From assembly GCA_964389695.1 (NCBI GenBank), contig CAYMEP010000001.1, positions 619-64,618 on the forward strand: a DNA stretch of 64,000 nucleotides, written 5' to 3'. Under the pieces are notes generated by a model, which worked only from the letters and a program-made list of their open reading frames with translations, made no database searches and was not told the origin of the DNA. How positions within the stretch are numbered: position 1 is the first letter of the stretch; each line of letters opens with the position of its first letter. Made by a program: the position numbers and the translations under genes. Below are positions 1 to 10,271 of this stretch, piece by piece. Origin of the DNA: an uncultured Rhodobiaceae bacterium. GTDB lineage: Bacteria > Pseudomonadota > Alphaproteobacteria > RS24.

Positions 1-2
1 AA

Positions 3-650
3 TTATTAGTACACATGAACCCCGAAGGTCTTGCTCAAAATATAGGCCCCATATCACATGGATCAGCTATTCATACAGATATAATGAAAACACAAGGGCT
101 TAAACAAGCTCTTGATAAATATGGTTTTGATGCTGCTTTTGGCGGTGCAAGACGTGATGAAGAAAAAAGCCGGGCAAAAGAGCGTATTTTTTCATTTCGT
201 TCTGCTAAACATCATTGGAACCCTAAGAATCAACGCCCTGAAATCTGGTCATTGTATAATACACGTAAAGAGTCTGGGGAATCTATAAGAGTCTTCCCCT
301 TATCAAATTGGACAGAATTAGATATTTGGCAGTATATTCGCCAAGAAAATATTCCTATTGTTCCTCTTTATTTAGCCGAAGAACGCCCTGTAATAATACA
401 AGATGATATGTTGATTATGGTAGATGATGATCGTTTGCCACATAAAAAAGATCAAGTGATGCATAAATCCGTACGGTTTAGAACTTTAGGCTGTTATCCC
501 TTAACAGGCGCTATTGAAAGCACCGCAACAACCTTAGATGAAGTCATCAAAGAAATGCTTCTTACCACCACTTCTGAACGTCAAGGTCGAAAAATTGATC
601 AGGATCAATCTGCATCTATGGAAAAAAAGAAGCAAGAAGGATATTTTTAA
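3..650 (+). CDS. cysD: Sulfate adenylyltransferase subunit 2 (CysD), 5' end cut by the window edge
   Basis: The frame is open from nt 3 with no stop. [37 protein letters not shown] and [12 protein letters not shown] closely match E. coli CysD as I recall it. The stop overlaps the next start (TAATG). Confidence 0.95.
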   Translation, partial: LLVHMNPEGLAQNIGPISHGSAIHTDIMKTQGLKQALDKYGFDAAFGGARRDEEKSRAKERIFSFRSAKHHWNPKNQRPEIWSLYNTRKESGESIRVFPLSNWTELDIWQYIRQENIPIVPLYLAEERPVIIQDDMLIMVDDDRLPHKKDQVMHKSVRFRTLGCYPLTGAIESTATTLDEVIKEMLLTTTSERQGRKIDQDQSASMEKKKQEGYF

Positions 651-2575
651 TGCACCATCAAGCTAATAAATCTATCGACAATATTGCCACTTATTTAGAT
701 ACACATGAAAAAAAGTCCCTTTTACGTTTTATCACTTGTGGCTCTGTCGATGATGGAAAGTCTACTTTAATTGGACGTATGCTTTACGATTCTAAAATGA
801 TTTTCGATGACCAAATTACAGCGCTAGAAACACAATCAAAAAAGCATGGAACACAAGGACAAAATATAGATTTTGCTCTCTTGGTAGATGGTTTATCTGC
901 CGAGCAGGAACAGGGCATTACCATTGATGTTGCCTATCGTTTCTTTTCCACTGAGAAGAGAAAATTCATTGTCGCGGACACCCCAGGACACATTCAATAT
1001 ACCCGTAATATGGCAACAGGTGCTTCAACAGCAAATCTTGCAATTCTACTTGTTGATGCTCGTCATAGCCTGCAAGAACAAACTCACCGTCACGCCTATA
1101 TTTGTAATATGTTGGGCATTCGTAACTTTGTCCTCGCCATTAACAAAATGGATTTAGTCGACTTTTCTAAAGATAGATTCGAAACGATTAAACAAGAATT
1201 TGATAAGTTTATTTCACAATACCCGTCCCTATCACAAGCAACCGTACAAACCATTCCTATTTCTGCCCTAGCAGGAGATAATATAACAAGCAACAGCGAT
1301 AAAATGGGTTGGTACCAAGATAAACCCCTTTTACCTTATTTAGAAACCGTGGAGACCTCATCACAACAAAATAATCATGGATTTCGTATGCCTGTACAAT
1401 GGGTCAATCGCCCCAATTTAGATTTCCGTGGTTATTCTGGTCGTATTGCGAGTCAACATATAGCAGTAGACGATGATGTAACAGTATTACCTAACGGCTT
1501 AAAAAGTAAGGTTGCAAAAATCATCACTATGGATACCGATGGAACAAGTTTAGAATTATCAACAGCACAAAAAGGACAATCCGTCACTCTCGTTCTAAAA
1601 GATGAGATTGACATTTCCCGTGGTGATATTATTTGTAATACACAACAAACAAGTGAAATTTCTGATCAATTTTTGACAACAATCTTATGGATGGATCAAT
1701 CACCACTTTTACCCGCTAGACAATATTTTATGAAAATTGGTACAAAAACTATCACGGCAACCATTACCAATCTTGAAAATAAATTTAACTTACAAACTCA
1801 TGGCGAAGATCCTGCTAAAACATTAACACTCAATGATATTGGTACATGCAAGATTTCACTGGATACACCCATCGCTTATGACCCTTATGATAATGTTCAA
1901 GAAATGGGTGGTTTTATTCTAATTGATCGTATTAGTCACCATACAGTGGGTATGGGCATGATTAAATATGGATTAAAGCGCGCAGATAATATTCATTGGC
2001 AAGATACAGATATTGATAAAGCAAGAAATGCCACTCAAAAGAACCAAACGCCTGTTTTACTATGGTTCACAGGTCTTTCTGGTTCAGGTAAGTCAACCAT
2101 CGCCAATGCCGTACAAAGAAAATTATACGGCATTGGGGCTCATAGTTATTTGTTAGATGGTGATAATATACGTCATGGGCTTAACCGTGACTTAGGGTTT
2201 ACAGATCAAGATCGAGTAGAAAATATTCGTCGGGTCGCCGAAGTATCCAAATTGATGATCGATGCAGGGCTTATCACCTTAGTCTCGTTTATTTCTCCCT
2301 TTAGTGCAGAACGTCAACAAGCTCGAAACTTAGTAGAAGAAAATGAATTTATCGAAATATTTATTGATACACCACTAGAAGAGGCCGAGAAACGTGACCC
2401 AAAAGGTCTTTATAAAAAGGTACGTGCAGGAGAATTATATAATTTTACTGGAGTTGATAGCCCTTACGAAGCTCCTGAGAATCCAGAAATCAGAATTGAT
2501 ACACTACAAAAAACACCCACAGAGGCTGCAGATGAAATTTGTGCAATACTACAAAAACGAGGATTTATTCAATAA
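650..2575 (+). CDS. cysNC: Bifunctional sulfate adenylyltransferase subunit 1 / adenylylsulfate kinase (CysN-CysC fusion, NodQ-like)
   Basis: The N-terminal GTPase motifs GSVDDGKST, DTPGH and NKMD mark CysN. The C-terminal P-loop GLSGSGKST and APS-kinase domain mark CysC. The ATG overlaps the cysD stop. Confidence 0.95.
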   Translation: MHHQANKSIDNIATYLDTHEKKSLLRFITCGSVDDGKSTLIGRMLYDSKMIFDDQITALETQSKKHGTQGQNIDFALLVDGLSAEQEQGITIDVAYRFFSTEKRKFIVADTPGHIQYTRNMATGASTANLAILLVDARHSLQEQTHRHAYICNMLGIRNFVLAINKMDLVDFSKDRFETIKQEFDKFISQYPSLSQATVQTIPISALAGDNITSNSDKMGWYQDKPLLPYLETVETSSQQNNHGFRMPVQWVNRPNLDFRGYSGRIASQHIAVDDDVTVLPNGLKSKVAKIITMDTDGTSLELSTAQKGQSVTLVLKDEIDISRGDIICNTQQTSEISDQFLTTILWMDQSPLLPARQYFMKIGTKTITATITNLENKFNLQTHGEDPAKTLTLNDIGTCKISLDTPIAYDPYDNVQEMGGFILIDRISHHTVGMGMIKYGLKRADNIHWQDTDIDKARNATQKNQTPVLLWFTGLSGSGKSTIANAVQRKLYGIGAHSYLLDGDNIRHGLNRDLGFTDQDRVENIRRVAEVSKLMIDAGLITLVSFISPFSAERQQARNLVEENEFIEIFIDTPLEEAEKRDPKGLYKKVRAGELYNFTGVDSPYEAPENPEIRIDTLQKTPTEAADEICAILQKRGFIQ

Positions 2576-3153
2576 TGAACCAGAGAACAGGGCGTTTCCC
2601 TCTTCTTAAATCCTGCACGCTCTATATTGCACAAGAAGGGCTATATTCATTAACCATGAGAAATATTGCTCATTACTCAAATTGTTCTCTCGGTACATTG
2701 ACCTATCACTTTTCTTCTCGCGAAACATTGATTGAAGCCGTTTTTGAAGACTATATTATTCCCAGTTTACAAAAACACTTTTTATTACATAAACACCCTA
2801 ACCCTGTGGTTAGTTTCTTGGAGTATTATAAATCATCTCTACCCTTTAGCGCAGAACAAATAACACTATGGCGTGCCAGATTTGAATTAACAGGGTTTAG
2901 TATACATAAACCAAAACTTCGATCTTTAATGCAAAAACATCAATATAAAACACAAAATTATATAGAAAAATATATGGAATGGCTTCATAGCCTCAACCAA
3001 TTAAAGATAGGTATTGATTGTCATAAGAAAGCAGGTGAAATTGTACTCATGGAACAAGGTACAGCCTTAGCAATCATCGAGGCAAAGCCAGATGAACGCA
3101 CAAAAACAGCAGATTTATTCTTAAATTGGCTAAAAGAATGCTTCATTCTATAA
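2575..3153 (+). CDS. TetR/AcrR-family transcriptional regulator
   Basis: It has an N-terminal TetR-type HTH (LTMRNIAHYSNCSLGTLTYHFSSRETL). I prefer the ATG at 2575 (TAATG overlap with the cysNC stop) over the track start at 2539, which lies inside cysNC. Confidence 0.8.
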   Translation: MNQRTGRFPLLKSCTLYIAQEGLYSLTMRNIAHYSNCSLGTLTYHFSSRETLIEAVFEDYIIPSLQKHFLLHKHPNPVVSFLEYYKSSLPFSAEQITLWRARFELTGFSIHKPKLRSLMQKHQYKTQNYIEKYMEWLHSLNQLKIGIDCHKKAGEIVLMEQGTALAIIEAKPDERTKTADLFLNWLKECFIL

Positions 3154-3155
3154 TT

Positions 3156-3230
3156 TGGAGCGGGCGATGAGATTCGAACTCACGACCCTAACCTTGGCAA
3201 GGTTATGCTCTACCCCTGAGCTACGCCCGC
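3156..3230 (-). tRNA. tRNA-Gly (anticodon GCC)
   Basis: The reverse complement folds as a cloverleaf. Acceptor stem is GCGGGCG/CGCCCGC and D-stem is GCTC/GAGC. The anticodon stem TAACC/GGTTA carries loop TTGCCAA (anticodon GCC). The T-arm is GTGAG-TTCGAAT-CTCAT, followed by discriminator T and an encoded CCA. Confidence 0.95.
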
Positions 3231-3356
3231 TCTAATTTAGCTAATAGCTGGCACAGTTATGCCTCAAAGTATAATAAATTGCAAGATTTTCATTCTTGTA
3301 TCAAATACTATAAATTAACTATAGGCGTTTATATAAATTTTGTATAAAATAAAATT

Positions 3357-4001
3357 ATGAAAAACCGTTACACCACACCTAGTCATTTACCTGAGATACT
3401 ACCTATAAAACCTATCAAGGGATCTTTACTGTTACCACGATGCCTCTTGCCCTTAAGCATTTCTAAAACAGATGATATAGATATGATTAATGACGCCCTC
3501 TCAGGAGCTCGTTTAATCGGCATTGTGCAGCCTAAGAATAATGAAGGTGATTTATATGATATCGGATGTGTTGGTCGCATTACATCTTTTACAGAAGCGG
3601 ATGACAACCAGATAATTATTGCCCTAACGGGAATTTGTAGATTTTTCATACAAGAAGAAATATATAGCCAAAGCTCCTATAGAGAGGTTTATATTGATTA
3701 TAATAACTTTTCTTATGACCTCTTAGAGGATTATGGAAAAGACTTAGTCAATCGAGAAGAATTATTAGAGGTTCTTGAGCAATTTCTAGAAGCAAATAAT
3801 TTACAAGGAGATTGGGACAATATACAAAACTTCTCTAATGAAGATTTAGTCAATTCTTTAAGCATTATGAGCCCACATAGCGTTGTAGAAAAACAAGCAC
3901 TACTAGAAGCTGAGACTCTAACATCACGCGCAAATATGCTTATCGCTATGACAGAAATGAAATTAAAGAATATGAGTAATAAAAGAGAGTTATTGCAATA
4001 A
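3357..4001 (+). CDS. LON substrate-binding (N-terminal) domain protein
   Basis: At 214 aa it has a Lon-N-like N-terminus ([21 protein letters not shown]) and no ATPase or protease domain. Its stop overlaps the Trm112 start (TAATG), a pairing I recall as common in alphaproteobacteria. Confidence 0.7.
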   Translation: MKNRYTTPSHLPEILPIKPIKGSLLLPRCLLPLSISKTDDIDMINDALSGARLIGIVQPKNNEGDLYDIGCVGRITSFTEADDNQIIIALTGICRFFIQEEIYSQSSYREVYIDYNNFSYDLLEDYGKDLVNREELLEVLEQFLEANNLQGDWDNIQNFSNEDLVNSLSIMSPHSVVEKQALLEAETLTSRANMLIAMTEMKLKNMSNKRELLQ

Positions 4002-4198
4002 TGGCAGATAATAAAGAAATTATTACAGAAGTTATTGATGACTTCCTACTTGATATTATGGTTTGCCCCCAAACTAAAGAACCGTTGATATTAGACAAGA
4101 AGAATAATGAATTAGTCTCAAAAAGCGGCAAATGGGCATACCCTATTCGTAATGGTATCCCTATTCTTCTGGCAGAAGAAGCAAGAGAAAATACTTAA
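4001..4198 (+). CDS. Trm112-family protein (UPF0434)
   Basis: A 65-aa protein carrying the signature [10 protein letters not shown]...[17 protein letters not shown]. Confidence 0.85.
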   Translation: MADNKEIITEVIDDFLLDIMVCPQTKEPLILDKKNNELVSKSGKWAYPIRNGIPILLAEEARENT

Positions 4199-5463
4199 GA
4201 CTCGTAATAGTCACCACGTAAAAGACGTGGCACTTCCCCCAACCCTTTATCTGCATAACGTAACACATATTTTGTAGGGAAAAACCTCCCCAAGAATAAA
4301 CTAGTGTTTTTACATAAACCCGAGAAAGGGAATGAGCTAGTAAATAAGGTTTTCAGCCCGTGCGTTATCATGCCCATAAGCAATATATCTGTTCTACGTT
4401 GCTGATTATAGCCTTCAAAAACTGACATATTCCCCAAAGATAACCCTAAATAATTGGCATCAAATATTGCATCTGCCAAACAAGCAGCATCTCGTAATGT
4501 TAAATTATAACCATGCCCCGAGAGAGGGTGTATCACATGAGCAGCCTCACCAAGCAATATAAAACGTGGACGCACATAAGATTCTGCCAAAGAAAGTGAC
4601 AAAGGAAAAGAAGTTAATGGCTGTTTTGTTTTACTCCCAAGCGTAATATTTCCATAAACCTCACCGAAATGGTACTGCAAACATTCTTCGAACTTATCTT
4701 CCCCAAACAAAATATGAGCATTGGCTGTCTCTTCTTCTTCCACCCATACAAAAGCACTTTCATAATCAGACAAAGGCAAAAGTGCACATAACCCTTTTTC
4801 ACCAAAATATTGATAAGCCCGCCCCTTATGTGGATTTTGATGTGTAAAACATCCAATAATAGCATTTTGTTTATAAGCATGTTGTACAACTGCAATGTTT
4901 TGGCTGGCTCTCAATTGAGAATTCCTACCATCACAAGCAACTAGCAATTCCGCTGTGATCTCTTGCCCCGATTCTAGAACAATTTCTACAGATTCTGTAT
5001 CAATATCCGTAGAGTCAATATATGCCTCATACTGAATGTCTATCTTTGGATGTGCCTCAACTAGCGTCAATAACGCTTGCAACAAATATTTATTCTCAAC
5101 AATAAAACCCACCTCTTGTGATGAACCGAGAGATAGCATCTGTGTTAAAAGTTTTGTATATCTAGGTAAATCAGATGATATATTCATCTCTGTAATAGGG
5201 TAAGGATTATGCTGTAAGTGTTGGGTCACTTGTAACATATTGAGCATACACATTGAAGATTGCGTAAGAGCCGTCACCCGAGGATCACTTTTATTTCCTA
5301 TTTGTTTCTTCTTATTCCGTTCTAATAAAAGTATATCATAACCTGCCATCGCACATGCTAAAGCCGCAGAAAGTCCAGATAAACCCGCACCAACAATAAC
5401 GATTCTTGTTTTCGTTTTTATATTCTTTTTCTGCACCACAATATAATTGTGCCGAAACGCCAA
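4195..5463 (-). CDS. UbiH/UbiF/VisC/COQ6-family FAD-dependent monooxygenase
   Basis: It has the N-terminal dinucleotide fold [16 protein letters not shown] and the family motif [17 protein letters not shown]. Confidence 0.85.
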   Translation of the reverse strand: MAFRHNYIVVQKKNIKTKTRIVIVGAGLSGLSAALACAMAGYDILLLERNKKKQIGNKSDPRVTALTQSSMCMLNMLQVTQHLQHNPYPITEMNISSDLPRYTKLLTQMLSLGSSQEVGFIVENKYLLQALLTLVEAHPKIDIQYEAYIDSTDIDTESVEIVLESGQEITAELLVACDGRNSQLRASQNIAVVQHAYKQNAIIGCFTHQNPHKGRAYQYFGEKGLCALLPLSDYESAFVWVEEEETANAHILFGEDKFEECLQYHFGEVYGNITLGSKTKQPLTSFPLSLSLAESYVRPRFILLGEAAHVIHPLSGHGYNLTLRDAACLADAIFDANYLGLSLGNMSVFEGYNQQRRTDILLMGMITHGLKTLFTSSFPFSGLCKNTSLFLGRFFPTKYVLRYADKGLGEVPRLLRGDYYES

Positions 5464-5532
5464 TAGAATGTCTAGCTAGAAATATAATCATATTTACGAT
5501 AGAATACATATTCGATAACCAGCGGAGACTTT

Positions 5533-6747
5533 ATGACTCACTCTACCCCTTCATTACCTATCTCTCCCTTCGCATGTCTTCGGGACTTACTCCGCCCTAT
5601 CTCGCCAACAAAAGAAACTATAAATCTTAGCCTTGGCAATCCACGTATAAATACACCTCCTGCCGCTTTATCTCACTTATTAGATAATCCTGAGAGTTTT
5701 TGTCATTACCCGTCTATTACAGGGCAAGAAGAATGGCACAAAGCCATTGAGTCTTATTTAAAACAACGTTTTAACATTGATACCAAGAAACATAACTTTA
5801 AGCCTCATCAAATTTTACCCGTGAATGGGACAAGGGAGGGATTATTTCTTGCGGCACAAATTAATCCACCCCACCAGAAGAATTATAAAAAAACACTTAT
5901 AGGATTACCCAATCCCTTTTATGCGGTTTATGCAACGGCAATATATGCGGCAGGAGCAGAACCCCTTTATCTTGAAGCCTCTAAGCATACAGGATTCTTT
6001 CCAGACTTAGAGTCTCTTAGCGTAGAAACCTTACAATCCATGAAAGCATTCTTTTTCTGTTCACCAACTAATCCACAGGGAAAAATTGCAAGCAAGGCTT
6101 ATTTCCAAGAACTACTACGTCTTGCCGCAGAATATGATTTTTTTATTATTATGGATGAATGTTATATTGATCTTTACGATCGAAAATTTGAAGAATCTCC
6201 TCCCCCCTCTATATTGAATAGAGCTCTAGAAAGACCCGAAGGCATGAAGAATGTTCTCGTCTTCCACTCTTTGTCCAAAAGGTCTGGTCTTCCAGGGTTA
6301 AGATCGGGATTTTGCGTAGGGGGAGATAATCTCATGGCGCTATACAAAGAATTGCGTATGGTTGCGGCTCCTCAGACACCTGATGCGATACAGAAAGTTG
6401 CTTCTTTTTTATGGAAAGATTTAACTCATGTAAAAGATAATCGCCTCTATTATCAAAATATTATTGATATTGCCGAGAATATATTTAAGCAAGACTTTGA
6501 GTTTTATCGTCCCGAAGGAGGATTCTTTCTCTGGCTTAACGTCAATAATGGTATAAACATAACCAAGATGCTATGGCAAGAAGAGGGTATTGCTGTTTTA
6601 CCAGGGACATATTTAACAATGCAACAAAAGAATAAAGATAACAGCTATGAGTATATCCGTATCTCTCTTGGGGGACAAGAACAAGAAACCATATCAGCCT
6701 TACAAAAAATACATCTTAAATTACAATGCCAGCGTGGTATAAAATGA
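5533..6747 (+). CDS. Class I/II PLP-dependent aminotransferase (possibly succinyldiaminopimelate transaminase-like)
   Basis: The PLP-lysine region FHSLSKRSGLPGLRSGF resembles DapC-type enzymes. The specific substrate is an inference. Confidence 0.8.
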   Translation: MTHSTPSLPISPFACLRDLLRPISPTKETINLSLGNPRINTPPAALSHLLDNPESFCHYPSITGQEEWHKAIESYLKQRFNIDTKKHNFKPHQILPVNGTREGLFLAAQINPPHQKNYKKTLIGLPNPFYAVYATAIYAAGAEPLYLEASKHTGFFPDLESLSVETLQSMKAFFFCSPTNPQGKIASKAYFQELLRLAAEYDFFIIMDECYIDLYDRKFEESPPPSILNRALERPEGMKNVLVFHSLSKRSGLPGLRSGFCVGGDNLMALYKELRMVAAPQTPDAIQKVASFLWKDLTHVKDNRLYYQNIIDIAENIFKQDFEFYRPEGGFFLWLNVNNGINITKMLWQEEGIAVLPGTYLTMQQKNKDNSYEYIRISLGGQEQETISALQKIHLKLQCQRGIK

Positions 6748-8969
6748 TAAAAAGTGTTGTACAAAAATTACGCTTAAAAAGCTCAACAATCTTAAGAATA
6801 CTGAAACAACGATTATTATTGCTTATTTATATTCTGCTTGCGGGGATACTATTTTTATTTCTCATAAAATATCACCCTAATAATAGTAACTTAAATTATG
6901 TCCACACTAACTCAACACAGAGCTTATTCGACACAATCGGCGCAAATATAGCAGATACTTTACTACAGTTCATCGGAATTGGCATTTGGCTCCTCCCGCC
7001 AATAATATTGGGACTATCCTTCTATAAATTAAACAACAAACCAGTCACTTATCTTTATTTACGTATTATTTCTATTATATTAGCAATAATATTTCTTTCA
7101 TGTGCAATGGTCTTTCATGACCCAACCTTACCGATAGATAAACCACATGATGGAGGATTATTAGGATTATATATTACATTGCCTATTTTAGAGGCCTTAG
7201 AGACCAGTTCTTCTTCGTTTAACCACAAATATTTATCAATTATACTCATAACACTGTCTATACTTCTGACCCTATTCTCTGCCGGGGTTCTAAAGAAATC
7301 AATCACCCTATTCTTTAGAATGAGTGTTGCATTATTTACACATACCTTCATGAGAAAACGCCTAAAACTAATAAAACCCCTTAAAAACCCCGACAACCGA
7401 CCTATATCTAAAACTACAAAAGAAAAAACACCCAGAGTTAAAAATACAATAAACCGTCGCGAACCTTCTCCAAGTTCCAATAATAATTTTCAGGTGCCCA
7501 CTTTAGATTTATTACAACAAACACCTCAAAGTAAAATTGAGAAAGTAAGTGAAGGTATTTTAAAAGAAAACGCACTCGCATTAGAAGCGGTGTTAAAGGA
7601 ATTTGGCATTAACGGGAAAATCATCAACATTCGACTCGGCCCCGTTGTCACATTATATGAACTAGAACCCTCTGCAGGTTTACGCTCTTCACGTGTCATT
7701 GGCTTAGCAGATGATATTGCCCGTTCCATGAGTGCAACCTCTTGTCGTGTTGCAACCATTCCGGGACAAAATCTGATTGGTATTGAAATGCCCAATCAAA
7801 AGCGTGAAACCATATATTTACATGAATTATTAAACAGCAAATCTTTCTTAAATAGCCAAGACAATATTCCTATAGCACTTGGCAAAGATATTGGCGGAAA
7901 ACCTATATTCAGTGATTTAGCAAAAATGCCTCACTTATTAGTTGCGGGAACAACTGGCTCAGGGAAGTCGGTAGGAATTAATACAATGTTACTTTCTCTC
8001 TTATACCGGTTTAGTCCCGCAGAGTGCCGCCTGATTCTAATTGACCCGAAAATGTTAGAATTATCAGTTTATGATGACATACCTCACCTTCTATCTCCCG
8101 TTGTCACAGAACCAAAGAAAGCTGTTATTGCCTTGAAATGGGCCGTACAAGAAATGGAGAATCGTTATCGCAAGATGTCTAAAATTGGCGTGCGGAATAT
8201 AACAGGTTATAATGAAAAAATATTAACCGCACAAAAATCAGGAAAGAGTATTAGTCGACGTATACAAACTGGATTCGATGAAAATACAGGAGAGGCTATT
8301 TTTGAAACACAAAACATCAAAGCTGAAAAAATGCCTTTCATTGTAGTCGTCATTGATGAAATGGCAGATCTAATGCTTGTCGCTGGAAAAGAAATTGAAG
8401 GTGCTGTACAGCGTTTAGCACAAATGGCACGTGCAGCAGGTGTCCATTTAATTACGGCGACACAGAGACCTTCAGTAGACGTAATCACAGGCACTATCAA
8501 GGCCAATTTCCCTAGCCGCATTTCTTTCCGGGTCACTTCCAAAATTGATAGTCGTACAGTTCTAGGTGGCATGGGCGGTGAACAACTACTTGGTATGGGA
8601 GACATGCTATTTATGAGCGGCAGTGGACAAATGCAACGTATTCATGGCCCCTTTGTTTCAGACGAAGAAGTTAGTAATGTTGTTAATTTCCTAAAACGAC
8701 AAAAGAAGCCTGAGTACATAGAGTCAATTACGCAACCCCCTGAAGAGAATATAACCGCAGATAGTGAAGAAAATAATGAAAATAGTTTATATGACCAAGC
8801 GGTGGCAATAGTTATACGTGACAACCGCGCCTCCACGAGTTATATTCAAAGGCGTCTGAAAATTGGTTATAACCGTGCAGCAACATTAATAGAGAAAATG
8901 GAAGAAGAAGGGGTAATAAGCAGCCCTAATCACACTGGGAAACGAACTATAATAGCTCCAAGGAATTAA
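6744..8969 (+). CDS. ftsK: DNA translocase FtsK
   Basis: It has N-terminal membrane helices, Walker A GTTGSGKSVGIN, Walker B VVVIDEMADL and a C-terminal gamma winged helix (YIQRRLKIGYNRAATLIEKMEEEGVIS). I prefer the start at 6744 (ATGA overlap with the upstream stop); the track start is 6726. Confidence 0.95.
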   Translation: MIKSVVQKLRLKSSTILRILKQRLLLLIYILLAGILFLFLIKYHPNNSNLNYVHTNSTQSLFDTIGANIADTLLQFIGIGIWLLPPIILGLSFYKLNNKPVTYLYLRIISIILAIIFLSCAMVFHDPTLPIDKPHDGGLLGLYITLPILEALETSSSSFNHKYLSIILITLSILLTLFSAGVLKKSITLFFRMSVALFTHTFMRKRLKLIKPLKNPDNRPISKTTKEKTPRVKNTINRREPSPSSNNNFQVPTLDLLQQTPQSKIEKVSEGILKENALALEAVLKEFGINGKIINIRLGPVVTLYELEPSAGLRSSRVIGLADDIARSMSATSCRVATIPGQNLIGIEMPNQKRETIYLHELLNSKSFLNSQDNIPIALGKDIGGKPIFSDLAKMPHLLVAGTTGSGKSVGINTMLLSLLYRFSPAECRLILIDPKMLELSVYDDIPHLLSPVVTEPKKAVIALKWAVQEMENRYRKMSKIGVRNITGYNEKILTAQKSGKSISRRIQTGFDENTGEAIFETQNIKAEKMPFIVVVIDEMADLMLVAGKEIEGAVQRLAQMARAAGVHLITATQRPSVDVITGTIKANFPSRISFRVTSKIDSRTVLGGMGGEQLLGMGDMLFMSGSGQMQRIHGPFVSDEEVSNVVNFLKRQKKPEYIESITQPPEENITADSEENNENSLYDQAVAIVIRDNRASTSYIQRRLKIGYNRAATLIEKMEEEGVISSPNHTGKRTIIAPRN

Positions 8970-8974
8970 TAAAT

Positions 8975-9598
8975 ATGTTTTTTAGAATTAAGTTTTTCTT
9001 GTTTATCTGTATATTCTATTCGGTATCATGGCCTTCCTATGCAAATGATTATACTCCTCACGAAATAGATATTTTAACAAAAGCATCTAAGGTTCTTAGC
9101 AACATAAAGATGGTGTCAGGGAATTTCATACAAATTAGCCATCAAAACACCCGTAGCACAGGAAAATTCTACGTAAGACGCCCTAATAAGTTACGTTTTA
9201 TTTATGACTCGCCTCATAACATCGTAATCATATCAAATGGCACCCAGATTCAAGTAAATCATCCATCAAAGAATAAAAGTAGTAAATACCCTTTATCTCT
9301 TTCGCCTATAAATTCTTTTCTAGGCAGCGACACAAATCTAATAAAAAGTGAATATGTACAGAACATAACAGTATCTGGCTTAGTTACGGAAATTACTTTG
9401 CAAAAAGCGAATAGTATTTTACCCATAAAAGTAAAATTAATTTTCACAGATAATGTAAAAAAATTACATGGGTGGCATATATTTAATATAAGAAATCAGG
9501 TTACGAAAACCACTTTAAAAAATATCAAATATCATGCTTATCTTGATGAAGAATTATTTATTATTTCATCAAGAAAGAATAAACACCTGAAACGCTAA
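8975..9598 (+). CDS. lolA: LolA-like outer-membrane lipoprotein carrier protein
   Basis: It has a signal peptide and a GKFYVRRPNKLRFIYDSPHNIVIISNG segment typical of LolA. It also sits in the conserved position after ftsK. Confidence 0.65.
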   Translation: MFFRIKFFLFICIFYSVSWPSYANDYTPHEIDILTKASKVLSNIKMVSGNFIQISHQNTRSTGKFYVRRPNKLRFIYDSPHNIVIISNGTQIQVNHPSKNKSSKYPLSLSPINSFLGSDTNLIKSEYVQNITVSGLVTEITLQKANSILPIKVKLIFTDNVKKLHGWHIFNIRNQVTKTTLKNIKYHAYLDEELFIISSRKNKHLKR

Positions 9599-9607
9599 TT
9601 TAAAAAA

Positions 9608-10252
9608 ATGTATAAAAAAGAAGAAAATATTTCTGATATAGAACGACTCAATATAGAGGCTGAGATTCCTGTTTTACAATCTATACGTAACTTTAGTGAT
9701 AGTATATCACTTGTAGACTGGTTCAAATACATTGGCGAGGATCTATCCCCTTCAGAATATAATATCGCTCAACATTATGTTAATAACTTAGGTTTCCCAG
9801 AAACCTCAATTGCAATGATACAAACATGGCACGATGCCGCACTTGCTGCAGAAACATTCGATATGAATGACATCGCGTGGGAGGCAGAAGAACAATTACG
9901 TATTTCACTCACACAACAAACCTTACAAGCTGCCAGTGAAGAAGGGGTTAGTACTATTCTCTCACATATGTCTGCTTATATCGCAGAACATGTTGACCCC
10001 TACATTCATGAAGCACTACATAATGCCGATGAAATGCCAGATATGTTTCTAAACCTAGCTATGGGGTCTGTACAAAAGGCATGCCATGGAGCCGCATTAG
10101 TTATATCTGCCGCGCACGCAGAGGCTTTAACTAATAACCAAGAGATAAATGCAGAAACAATAGAAACACACCCTTTGATGCTAAAGTTCAGACTATTCGA
10201 AACAGGACATTGGCCAATTTCTATTATCGGATCCAGTTTTAATTTATTTTAA
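9608..10252 (+). CDS. Hypothetical protein (acidic, probably helical, no family recognised)
   Basis: A 214-aa ORF with composition like its neighbours, no competing ORF, no signal peptide and no recognisable motif. No clear Shine-Dalgarno sequence. Confidence 0.55.
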   Translation: MYKKEENISDIERLNIEAEIPVLQSIRNFSDSISLVDWFKYIGEDLSPSEYNIAQHYVNNLGFPETSIAMIQTWHDAALAAETFDMNDIAWEAEEQLRISLTQQTLQAASEEGVSTILSHMSAYIAEHVDPYIHEALHNADEMPDMFLNLAMGSVQKACHGAALVISAAHAEALTNNQEINAETIETHPLMLKFRLFETGHWPISIIGSSFNLF

Positions 10253-10271
10253 CCATAGGAGAAAATATTAT

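Noticed and set aside
2539-2574. The track start (ATG at 2539) for the TetR-family gene, which gives 12 extra N-terminal residues.
   Set aside because: This extension lies entirely inside the cysNC coding region. The ATG at 2575 forms the same TAATG coupling seen at cysD/cysNC and leaves a normal-length TetR N-terminus.
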